Below, one piece after another: positions 1-7,750 of a stretch of 32,000 nt of DNA. The stretch covers positions 2,850,001 through 2,882,000 of the forward strand of contig NZ_LN885086.1 in assembly GCF_001458695.1 (NCBI RefSeq). The letters run 5' to 3'. Source of the DNA: Candidatus Nitrospira inopinata. Its GTDB lineage: Bacteria; Nitrospirota; Nitrospiria; Nitrospirales; Nitrospiraceae. Both the position numbers and the translations under genes were made by a program. Below the pieces are notes generated by a model. That model was given only the letters and a program-made list of their open reading frames with translations. It was not told the DNA's origin and ran no database searches. How positions within the stretch are numbered: position 1 is the first letter of the stretch; each line of letters opens with the position of its first letter.

Positions 1-1014
1 TATTGAGTTGTACCGCTTCCACATCTTCTCTGACTTGTGACCAACAATCTTCATCGCGGTTGCTGTATCCACACCGGCGCGTCGTAGGTTTGTCGATGCA
101 CAATGACGGAGATCATGGAATCTAAAGTCAGTTATTCCAGCATCTCTCAATGCGGTCCTGAAGGATCGGCTGATACGTTGAAGCGGTCGGCCCTTGTAGG
201 TGAAAACGTGGTTATTCGACAGACTACGAACCTTAGCCAGGCGTTGGAAGGTTGCGCGAACGTCTGGCGTCATGGGAATACGTCGGCCTGTTTTCGTCTT
301 GGTCTCATGACTGCGAAGGGTGATGAATCCCCTACGGAGGTCAACATGGTCCCAGGTCAGAGACACAATCTCCCTGAATCGCTGGCCCAGTTGGTAGGCC
401 GTTAAGAGCACCGGGCGGAGGTGTGGCTTCGCGGCGTGATGTAACCGGCTCCATTCGTCCTCGGTCAACACTCGGTCCCGCTCGTTCTGTGGGTTGGGTA
501 TGGTTACCCGTGAAGCAGGGTTAGCCTGCAGTAGTCCTCGCTTGATGGCCACGTTCAAGCAATGCTTCAGGGCGATGTGATCATGGTTGATGGTCTGAGT
601 GCTGGCCGGTTTGCCATTTGGCTTCTTTCTTTGGCTGCGGAAAGCTTCTATGTCTTCCGGTCGGATCTCAGAGAGGATCTGATGACCGAAGAAGGGTATG
701 AGGTGGGTGTTGATGCTATGGGAACGGCCAATGAAAGAACGAAGCGTCCTCACGCTCTCAAGCTCAAGGTAGGCCATCGCCCATTCCTTGAACAACGTAG
801 GCTTGGCTTGTTCGGTTTTCTCGTGACCAAGTAGCAAGCGAGTCTTCACCGCTGCTTCCATCTCTCTGGCAACAGTCTTATTGAGACACCCCACCTTCCA
901 GCGTTTCCATCGGGCACCGGGTACACCACTCGCGAGGACCAATGATTTTCCGTCCGCACTTTCGATCACCGGAAACTCCACATAGTAACTATCCCGCCGC
1001 TTAGTGAGTCCCAT
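1..1014 (-). CDS. Tyrosine recombinase / phage-type integrase, 3' end beyond the left window edge
   Basis: Absent from the ORF track because its stop lies outside the window. My minus-strand translation from ATG 1014 stays open to position 1 (338 codons): MGLTKRRDSYYVEF...LTAYQLGQRFREIVSLTWDHVDL...ITDFRFHDLRHCASTNLRRAGVDTATAMKIVGHKSEKMWKRYNSI. It carries the R...HxLRH...GH...Y catalytic-core motifs of tyrosine recombinases. The plus-strand ORFs 103..405 and 562..834 are shadows of it. Confidence 0.85.
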   Translation of the reverse strand, partial: MGLTKRRDSYYVEFPVIESADGKSLVLASGVPGARWKRWKVGCLNKTVAREMEAAVKTRLLLGHEKTEQAKPTLFKEWAMAYLELESVRTLRSFIGRSHSINTHLIPFFGHQILSEIRPEDIEAFRSQRKKPNGKPASTQTINHDHIALKHCLNVAIKRGLLQANPASRVTIPNPQNERDRVLTEDEWSRLHHAAKPHLRPVLLTAYQLGQRFREIVSLTWDHVDLRRGFITLRSHETKTKTGRRIPMTPDVRATFQRLAKVRSLSNNHVFTYKGRPLQRISRSFRTALRDAGITDFRFHDLRHCASTNLRRAGVDTATAMKIVGHKSEKMWKRYNSI

Positions 1015-1198
1015 GGCTGTCTCTCCGTGGTGTGATCGTGTGCTGATCGATCCAGGCGTCCAGCTGAGCTTGCTTGAACTTCACCAGCCGTCCGATTTTG
1101 ACGTACCCCAGTTTCCTCGCGGAGACCCATCCGTACAGGGTCAATTTGGATATGCCTAAATACTTCGCGGCCTCATCCATTGTCAAAAGGTTATTCAT
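1001..1198 (-). CDS. Excisionase / AlpA-type helix-turn-helix DNA-binding protein
   Basis: 65 aa. MDEAAKYLGISKLTLYGWVSARKLGYVKIGRLVKFKQAQLDAWI matches the HTH_17/excisionase pattern. It overlaps the integrase start by 14 nt (1001-1014), consistent with a xis-int operon. Confidence 0.8.
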   Translation of the reverse strand: MNNLLTMDEAAKYLGISKLTLYGWVSARKLGYVKIGRLVKFKQAQLDAWIDQHTITPRRDSHGTH

Positions 1199-1519
1199 GG
1201 CGCTTCAGCAGCCCTTTTCTTCATGCACGACACATTTGGTCGATCGAACCGACCGACATACCTACACACCTCTCGCGAGTGGCACTTATGAGAGGGTTCA
1301 GAATTATTCACCATACCGAAAAGGTAGGGTAAGGGGCACAAAACCTGAGATCGTGGCGTTGGGTACACCATTTATTGGCCCTTCTCTCACCTTCACAATC
1401 GAAGGGACAGTGCTTGCCCCATGACACCTAATCCACAAGTGGGGCCTATCGTATGACCAACAGGCTCTCCGTCCACAACATGTTGCCGATCCCTTTCTTT
1501 TCTTCGATCAGCCCTCCAG

Positions 1520-1559
1520 TTGACAGCACTCCATAACCAATGTAACATTTTGTTACATG
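1520..1559 (+). promoter_or_regulatory. Sigma70-like promoter with palindromic operator; apparently leaderless start of the repressor gene
   Basis: TTGACA (1520-1525), 17-nt spacer, TAACAT (1543-1548). A perfect inverted repeat TGTAACA-ttt-TGTTACA (1541-1557) covers the -10 element and ends on the A of ATG 1557. There is no room for a Shine-Dalgarno sequence. Confidence 0.55.
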
Positions 1560-2099
1560 CAGCCTCATGAACTCAAACAGGTGCGGACTTCTCTCGGATT
1601 GACCCAGGACACCCTTGCGCAGACCCTCAATGTGACGAGGCAGACCATCAATCGGTACGAACAGAAGATCGTGCCGATCCCCACGACCGTCGAACTGGCC
1701 CTAATGCAACTCAGCTCCTCGCAGATTCAGCTGGCTGGGGTTGTCGCGGCAGGGGCGCCCATTGAACCGATTCCTCAGATGGAACGCGTCGAGGTTCCGA
1801 AAAGCATGGTCGGTCGTGGAGAGACCTTCGCCCTTCGGGTGAAGGGCATGTCCATGCAGGACGAAGGAATCTTCTCCGGTGATGTGGTCGTAGTTCAGAA
1901 GCAAGCCACTGCCCGCAATGGGCAGACCGTGATCGCCTTGGTGAATGGCGAGGCCACGATCAAGACCTATCACCGCAAGGGCAGCACGGTCGAACTCCTC
2001 CCTGCCAATGACGCTATGCAGCCGATCATCATCAAGCCGTCGGACAGCTTCCAGATCGAAGGCATTGTCGTCGGCGTCATCCGTCATCTCCGAAAGTGA
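1557..2099 (+). CDS. XRE-family HTH + S24 peptidase repressor (phage CI / LexA-like, self-cleaving type)
   Basis: The N-terminus LGLTQDTLAQTLNVTRQTINRYEQ is a Cro/C1-type HTH. The C-terminus has the S24 hallmarks: a VAAG|AP cleavage-site-like motif, GMSM (catalytic Ser) and ATIKTY (Lys). Confidence 0.85.
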   Translation: MQPHELKQVRTSLGLTQDTLAQTLNVTRQTINRYEQKIVPIPTTVELALMQLSSSQIQLAGVVAAGAPIEPIPQMERVEVPKSMVGRGETFALRVKGMSMQDEGIFSGDVVVVQKQATARNGQTVIALVNGEATIKTYHRKGSTVELLPANDAMQPIIIKPSDSFQIEGIVVGVIRHLRK

Positions 2100-2118
2100 G
2101 GCCTCGGCTGTTGGCACC

Positions 2119-3303
2119 ATGGACCGCCAAATTGTCTGCTTTGGGATTCCTGCCTTCGAAGTCGCTGTCGCGCGGTTGCATGATCCCAGCCTCTCGACGC
2201 GACCAGTCGCCATCGCTCCATTAAATACCCCTCGGGCATGTCTGCGTGAGGTCTCAGCTGAAGCCGAACAAGAAGGTCTTGGGATCGGAATGTCCGTCGA
2301 GCAAGCACGACGGATCTGTTCTTCCCTGCACGTCCTTTCCCCGAATCCTGCTGGAATCCGTACGGCGGATGAGTCGTTGCTTCACATCGTGAGCCGCTAT
2401 GCTCCGGTCTGGGAACCAGTTCAGCCAGGGTCCTTCGTGATGGATGTGACCGGAACTGGTCGACTCTTCGGACCTGCGTATGACATCGCGACAAAGGTCC
2501 AACATGAAGTCCTTGCTCAATATCGCCTCGACGGGGTCGCCGGTGTGGGGAGCAACAAGCTCGTGGCTCAGACTGCGGCGACGTTGATTCAGCCGTCAGA
2601 ACTGTATGATGTCCGCCCAGGGTCGGAGCCGGTGTTCATGGCACCACTGTCGGTGGGCACCCTGCCGGGCTTGCAGCGGCCTTGCATGCGGCAAGTGCTA
2701 ACGCGGCTCGATGATCTGAACCTCGATACGCTCGGTGACGTGGCGGAGAGTCCCGTTGACGCGTTGGAAGTGGCGCTGGGGGACTATGCCGGACAACTCT
2801 CCCGCTGGGCGCTGGGGATTGATTCATTGCCGGTGTTGCCACCGTCGAGTCAGCCCCGGCTCGAAGAGACGGTCCTTCTCGATCCAGATGAAATCGATGA
2901 TCCCGTGCTGACCGGTCGATTGCTCGACGCGCTACAACGGCTCTGTCGAATGCTGCGGAGTCAGCGTCGCGTCTGTGGCCGTCTGTCCCTCACGATCCGC
3001 TATAGCGATCACATTGAGGTGACCAAACACAAGCACCTCACACCTGAGACCTGTTGGGAATATGACCTGTCTTCCGTGGTGCTATTACTCTTTCAGAAAT
3101 GCATGCGTCGGCGGATTCGCTTGAGAACCATGACTTTGAGCGTGACAGGCCTAGCTGAGTATACCGAGCAAGGTGCCCTCTTCGATACCCGATCCCTCGA
3201 CGACCAGCGTCGGCAGGAGCGGGCCAAGAAGCTCGCCGTCGCGCTCGATCAGCTCCATACCCGTTTTGGCGAACAGTCCATTCGCTATGGGAGGAGTGGG
3301 TAA
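2119..3303 (+). CDS. imuB: Y-family DNA polymerase-like protein lacking catalytic acidic residues (ImuB-like)
   Basis: The ORF-track frame is 1945..3303. The plausible start is ATG 2119 (MDRQIVCFGIPAFEVAVA), 19 nt after the repressor stop. It shows Y-family (DinB/ImuB) fold motifs. GIP replaces the DMD of the DinB N-terminal motif, and GSFVMDVTG replaces SIDEAYLDVTG. The gene lies directly upstream of dnaE2. Confidence 0.8.
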   Translation: MDRQIVCFGIPAFEVAVARLHDPSLSTRPVAIAPLNTPRACLREVSAEAEQEGLGIGMSVEQARRICSSLHVLSPNPAGIRTADESLLHIVSRYAPVWEPVQPGSFVMDVTGTGRLFGPAYDIATKVQHEVLAQYRLDGVAGVGSNKLVAQTAATLIQPSELYDVRPGSEPVFMAPLSVGTLPGLQRPCMRQVLTRLDDLNLDTLGDVAESPVDALEVALGDYAGQLSRWALGIDSLPVLPPSSQPRLEETVLLDPDEIDDPVLTGRLLDALQRLCRMLRSQRRVCGRLSLTIRYSDHIEVTKHKHLTPETCWEYDLSSVVLLLFQKCMRRRIRLRTMTLSVTGLAEYTEQGALFDTRSLDDQRRQERAKKLAVALDQLHTRFGEQSIRYGRSG

Positions 3304-6300
3304 GTGGCCTTCGTCCACCTGCACACGCATTCGTCCTTTTCGCCGATGTGGGGCGTGCCCACGCTGGATGCCCTCTGTCAGGCAGCTCAATCACAAGGAC
3401 AAGACTATCTCGCGCTCACCGATACCAACGGACTCTATGGCGCGATCCGCTATCTCGAAGTCGCGCACGAGCATGGACTCAAGCCGATCTTGGGCGCGGA
3501 ACTCGTCTCCGATCAGCACCGGGCCGTGTTGCTCGCGAAGAACTTCACGGGGTACGGCAATCTTTGCCGGATTCTGTCCGCGCGTCACTGTGATGCGTCC
3601 TTTGAGTTCATCGAGACCGTGGCGCGGCATCGCACGGGACTGGTGTTGCTGTCTGATGATCCTGTCGCGGTGACTGCGTGGCAGGCGGAGTCGGCAACGG
3701 ATCTCTACATCGAGCTCACACCGGGTCTCACCTTACAAGACACGGTCGCAGTGAGCCGCCGACTTAGACTGCCGCCGGTAGCCACCACCCGCGCCGCGTT
3801 CCTTCACTCGGCCGACTATCAGGCCCATCGGCTCTTACGGGCCATCGCCGAAAATACGACGCTCTCACGACTCAAGCCCGACCACTGTGCGCTCCCCTCT
3901 CACTCGCTGATGCCGGAACCCGTGCTCACGCGACATCTGCCTCACGTGCCGGAAGCCATCGCCAACACGCGGCAGATTGCCGAACAGTGCCACACCGAGT
4001 GGGACTTCAAACAGACTATCTTTCCCTCCTTCCGTCGGCTCTCCTCAGGCGCCGCCTTTGAAACACTACACCGCAAGACCTACGAAGGCGCCATCTGGCG
4101 CTATGGTGCCTTGTCTCCCGTAGTCCGAGAGCGCATCGAAAAGGAACTCATGGTGATCCGTGACAAGGGCTATGCCGACTACTTTCTCGTGGTGGATGAG
4201 ATCGTGCGGCAAGCCCCACGGACCTGTGGTCGAGGGTCCGCTGCGGCGTCAATTGTCTCCTATTGTCTCGGCATCACACATGTGGACCCGATTCGGCACA
4301 ATCTCCTCTTTGAGCGGTTTCTCAATCCCGGTCGGCATGATCCGCCCGACATCGACGTAGACTTTCCCTGGGATGAGCGGCCTGCCATTCTCGAATGGGT
4401 CTTTCAGCAGTATGGGCATCAGCACGCCGCGATGGTCGCCAATCAGAACCAGCTGGCCACACGTGCGGCCTTGCGCGAGATTGCGAAGGTCTATGGCCTG
4501 CCGGCCGGTGAGATCGGCAAGGCGTTGAACTTTCTCCAGCGACGAGCGGACTTCGTCGATGTGCAACCGGGGATGACGGTGAAAGACTGGGCGCGGGATG
4601 TCTGCAGGGCCTTGAACCTCAGAAGCCCCTGGCCGGAGATTCTTTACTGGTCAACGCAATTGGACGGCCACTTCCGAAATCTGGGGCTCCATCCTGGTGG
4701 CGTCGTACTGGTCTCCGATGAGATCCGACGCTATGTTCCGGTTGAGATCTCCGCGTCAAACCTGCCGGTGATCCAATGGGAGAAAGATCAAACCGAAGAC
4801 GCGGGACTCGTCAAGATCGATCTCTTAGGCAATCGCTCGCTCGCCGTCATCCGTGACGCCATCGTGGCCATCACTCGCAACACGGGACATGTCATCGACT
4901 ATGCGACCTGGGACCCACTCACTGATCCAGCCACCAATGACTTGATTCGTCGGGGTGAGACGATGGGCTGCTTCTATGTGGAATCTCCCGCAACCAGGCT
5001 GTTACTCAAGAAGCTCTGGGGTGGAATGCCACCAGAGCGACGTGCCGTGGCCGATGTCTTTGAGTATCTCGTGGTGGTGTCGTCGATCATCCGCCCCGCG
5101 GCGAATGTGTTCGCCGATGAATTTGTGCGTCGGGCCCATGGGCAGCAGTATCAGTCACTTCATCCCTTGCTTGATGAAGTACTCGCGGAGACCCACGGCA
5201 TCATGGTGTATCAGGAAGATGTGATGAACGTGGCGGCCGCCTTGGGTGGACTCTCGGTTGAAGATGGTGATCAGCTTCGGAAGGTGTTGAGCAAGAAGCA
5301 CAAGGAACGGCAACTGCGAGACTATCAACGCCAGTTCTATCAGGGAGCGATGGCCCGTGGTGTGAACTGTCGCGTGATCGACTCGATCTGGGCCATGGTC
5401 ATGAGCTTCGCGGGCTATAGTTTCTGTAAGCCGCATAGTGCGAGCTATGCGCAAGTGAGCTTCAAGGCCGCCTATCTCAGAGCGCATTATCCGGCGGAAT
5501 TCGTTGCCGCCGTCGTGAGCAATCAAGGCGGCTATTACTCGGCCTTTGCGTATTTGTCAGAGGGACGACGGATGGGCCTCACCATCCTGCCGCCGGACAT
5601 CAATGCGAGTGTGTGGACCTACACCGGATCAGAAACCACCGTTCGCATGGGACTGATGCAGATCAAAGGCCTTCAAGAAAATCTCGCCAAGCAGCTCATT
5701 GCCGAACGAGAACAGCACGGTCCCTACCGATCGCTGTCAGATTTTCTGAGTCGCGTGAAACTGGACTACACCCAAGCCAAATTGTTGATCAAAGCCGGAT
5801 GCTTTGATTCGATTGCCGGTGAACTCACCAGACCAGCCCTGCTCTGGCGTGTCTTCGCTGCGCAGGCGACCAAGCCACCGAGTTCCATCCCAATCCCAAC
5901 GGAGTATTCAGCCCAGAAGACACTACAGCACGAACTCGCCCTCTTCGGCTTCCCCTTATGCTGTCATCCGCTCGACCTGTTCAAGGAGGCGCTGGCTGCG
6001 ACCCCACACACGCTCGCGAGAGACTTGGATCAGTATGTGGGACAAGAAGTCACCCTCATTGGGTGGCTCCTGACGGAGAAGATCGTCTCCACGAAGAAAG
6101 GCGAGCCGATGGAGTTCATGACGCTGGAGGATCAGACCGGGATGTATGACGCCACCGTGTTTCCCACCACCTACAGGCATTACTGTCATCTGCTCGCGAC
6201 GAACCAAGCCTATGTGGTGACCGGTTTGGTGGAAGAGCATTTTGCGACCGTCACGGTCACCATGAAAACACTACAACTCCTGACCACCGGTGGAATCCCG

Positions 6301-6336
6301 GCATCGAGTGAGCCGCTTGAGGAGCTAAGCGTGTAA
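3304..6336 (+). CDS. dnaE2: Error-prone DNA polymerase III alpha-like subunit DnaE2 (ImuC)
   Basis: 1010 aa with a GTG start abutting the imuB stop (TAAGTG). It has the PHP domain motif FVHLHTHSSFS, a Pol III alpha core (e.g. KPHSASYA) and an OB-fold-type C-terminus. Size and imuB linkage are typical of DnaE2. Confidence 0.9.
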   Translation: MAFVHLHTHSSFSPMWGVPTLDALCQAAQSQGQDYLALTDTNGLYGAIRYLEVAHEHGLKPILGAELVSDQHRAVLLAKNFTGYGNLCRILSARHCDASFEFIETVARHRTGLVLLSDDPVAVTAWQAESATDLYIELTPGLTLQDTVAVSRRLRLPPVATTRAAFLHSADYQAHRLLRAIAENTTLSRLKPDHCALPSHSLMPEPVLTRHLPHVPEAIANTRQIAEQCHTEWDFKQTIFPSFRRLSSGAAFETLHRKTYEGAIWRYGALSPVVRERIEKELMVIRDKGYADYFLVVDEIVRQAPRTCGRGSAAASIVSYCLGITHVDPIRHNLLFERFLNPGRHDPPDIDVDFPWDERPAILEWVFQQYGHQHAAMVANQNQLATRAALREIAKVYGLPAGEIGKALNFLQRRADFVDVQPGMTVKDWARDVCRALNLRSPWPEILYWSTQLDGHFRNLGLHPGGVVLVSDEIRRYVPVEISASNLPVIQWEKDQTEDAGLVKIDLLGNRSLAVIRDAIVAITRNTGHVIDYATWDPLTDPATNDLIRRGETMGCFYVESPATRLLLKKLWGGMPPERRAVADVFEYLVVVSSIIRPAANVFADEFVRRAHGQQYQSLHPLLDEVLAETHGIMVYQEDVMNVAAALGGLSVEDGDQLRKVLSKKHKERQLRDYQRQFYQGAMARGVNCRVIDSIWAMVMSFAGYSFCKPHSASYAQVSFKAAYLRAHYPAEFVAAVVSNQGGYYSAFAYLSEGRRMGLTILPPDINASVWTYTGSETTVRMGLMQIKGLQENLAKQLIAEREQHGPYRSLSDFLSRVKLDYTQAKLLIKAGCFDSIAGELTRPALLWRVFAAQATKPPSSIPIPTEYSAQKTLQHELALFGFPLCCHPLDLFKEALAATPHTLARDLDQYVGQEVTLIGWLLTEKIVSTKKGEPMEFMTLEDQTGMYDATVFPTTYRHYCHLLATNQAYVVTGLVEEHFATVTVTMKTLQLLTTGGIPASSEPLEELSV

Positions 6337-6354
6337 CCAGTACACTCCCTCTCC

Positions 6355-7257
6355 ATGCCCCTCTCACCGCTGATTCGGTTCGGAACTTCCACCTGGACCT
6401 ACGAAGGCTGGCAAGGACAGGTCTACTTCAAGAAGTACGCGAAGACCACCTTTGCGCGGGAATGTTTGGGAGAATACTGCCAATACCTCCACAACGGTGA
6501 ACCCTGCTTTCGCACGGTCGGCAATGATTCCACGTTCTACCGTCCACCGACAGCCAACCAACTACGACACTATCTCAATCAGATACCCGAAGATTTTGAG
6601 ATGTGCTTCAAGGTCTGGGAGGAGATCACGATTCCGGCCTATGCGAAGCAAGCTCGGTATGGCACGAAGGCCGGACAACCGAATCCGCGCTTCCTGGATG
6701 CAAAGCTCTTCAACGACCTCGTATTGACCCCCTATCGAGAAGCGAAGTTTGAACCACACACCGGCCCATTCTTGTTCGAGTTCCAACGGCACGGGATGTC
6801 GGGTGAGGAGTTCTGCTCGCGACTGGACACTTTCTTCAGCCAACTCCCCAGGGACTTTCTCTATGCGATCGAAATTCGCAACGCGGGCTTGCTGGGTCCT
6901 GACTATCGCAAGGTCTTAGAGAATCACGGAGTCGCGCATGTCTACAACCATTGGTCCTACATGCCGCCGTTACGGGAGCAGCATCAACGGATGGAGGAAC
7001 GCTTCACGGCACCCTTCACGGTCCTGCGCCTCCTGACGCCGCTTAAGATCTCCTATGAAGCCGCGAAGAAACGAGCAGAACCGTACACGAAGATTGTGGA
7101 AGAGCTGCCAGAGATGCGGCGAGACGCCGTGGAGCTGGTGAAGAAGGCGGTCGGAGAAAATCGCCGGGCGTACGTTTTGGTCAACAACCGCAGCGAAGGG
7201 AACGCGCCGTTGACGATTAAGGCCCTACGGAATGCGCTGCGAGACGCGCCGCTGTGA
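6355..7257 (+). CDS. DUF72 (YecE/UPF0759) family protein
   Basis: 300 aa. FGTSTWTYEGWQGQVY ... VGNDSTFYRPP ... IPEDFEMCFKVWEEIT ... AIEIRN matches the DUF72 pattern as recalled from E. coli YecE. It starts 18 nt after the dnaE2 stop. Confidence 0.75.
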   Translation: MPLSPLIRFGTSTWTYEGWQGQVYFKKYAKTTFARECLGEYCQYLHNGEPCFRTVGNDSTFYRPPTANQLRHYLNQIPEDFEMCFKVWEEITIPAYAKQARYGTKAGQPNPRFLDAKLFNDLVLTPYREAKFEPHTGPFLFEFQRHGMSGEEFCSRLDTFFSQLPRDFLYAIEIRNAGLLGPDYRKVLENHGVAHVYNHWSYMPPLREQHQRMEERFTAPFTVLRLLTPLKISYEAAKKRAEPYTKIVEELPEMRRDAVELVKKAVGENRRAYVLVNNRSEGNAPLTIKALRNALRDAPL

Positions 7258-7686
7258 GGGTTTGTAAGCCTTTCCGACCCGTCCCCATAAGTCCTCGTCA
7301 GAACCGTGAAACCCCGCTCCAGGAGCTGCGCATGGCTGGTTTTCGCGCTCAGTTGGGCTCAGTCCAATTCAGGTGAATTTGGGTGAATTTTGCTGTCACG
7401 GGAACACGTAGGGTTAATATCTAGAGACGTCGGATTCTCATGAAGCAGACTGACCATTCGTGCGAAGCGCTCGTCTCGCCGTTCCATGTCGTGGTCGCTC
7501 GTTTCGCCTGTCTGGTAGACTCGTTTGACGCGTGGGCCGGTCACATCTCATAGGGCCACAGTCCTCTTTCGGATATAGGCACTGAGATGGGCTTGCACCT
7601 GCCCATCCATGACCAGCGTTTCAATCCCGAACTCTTCGCCTCTCACCCATCGCACCATCCCCGCTGTCACCGAGATCTGTTTGCGC

Positions 7687-7716
7687 GTCGAGCAGTCTCG
7701 CGTTGGACTGCTCGAC
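7687..7716. terminator. Stem-loop 3' of the multicopper oxidase gene (candidate terminator / 3'-end stabiliser)
   Basis: GTCGAGCAGTC (7687-7697), 8-nt loop, GACTGCTCGAC (7706-7716). This is a perfect 11-bp stem, 35 nt downstream of the stop at 7751. There is no clear U-tract on either strand. Confidence 0.4.
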
Positions 7717-7750
7717 GCCTTTAAGGTTGGTCTTCCTCTCCCACTCTAGC

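Noticed and set aside
1270-1330. Possible tRNA 3' fragment or att core in the xis/repressor intergenic region (…GAGGGTTCAGAATTATTCACCA…).
   Set aside because: The GGTTCAGAA stretch superficially resembles a T-loop followed by CCA. However, I could not build a complementary T-stem or acceptor stem around it, so no tRNA or tRNA remnant can be supported.
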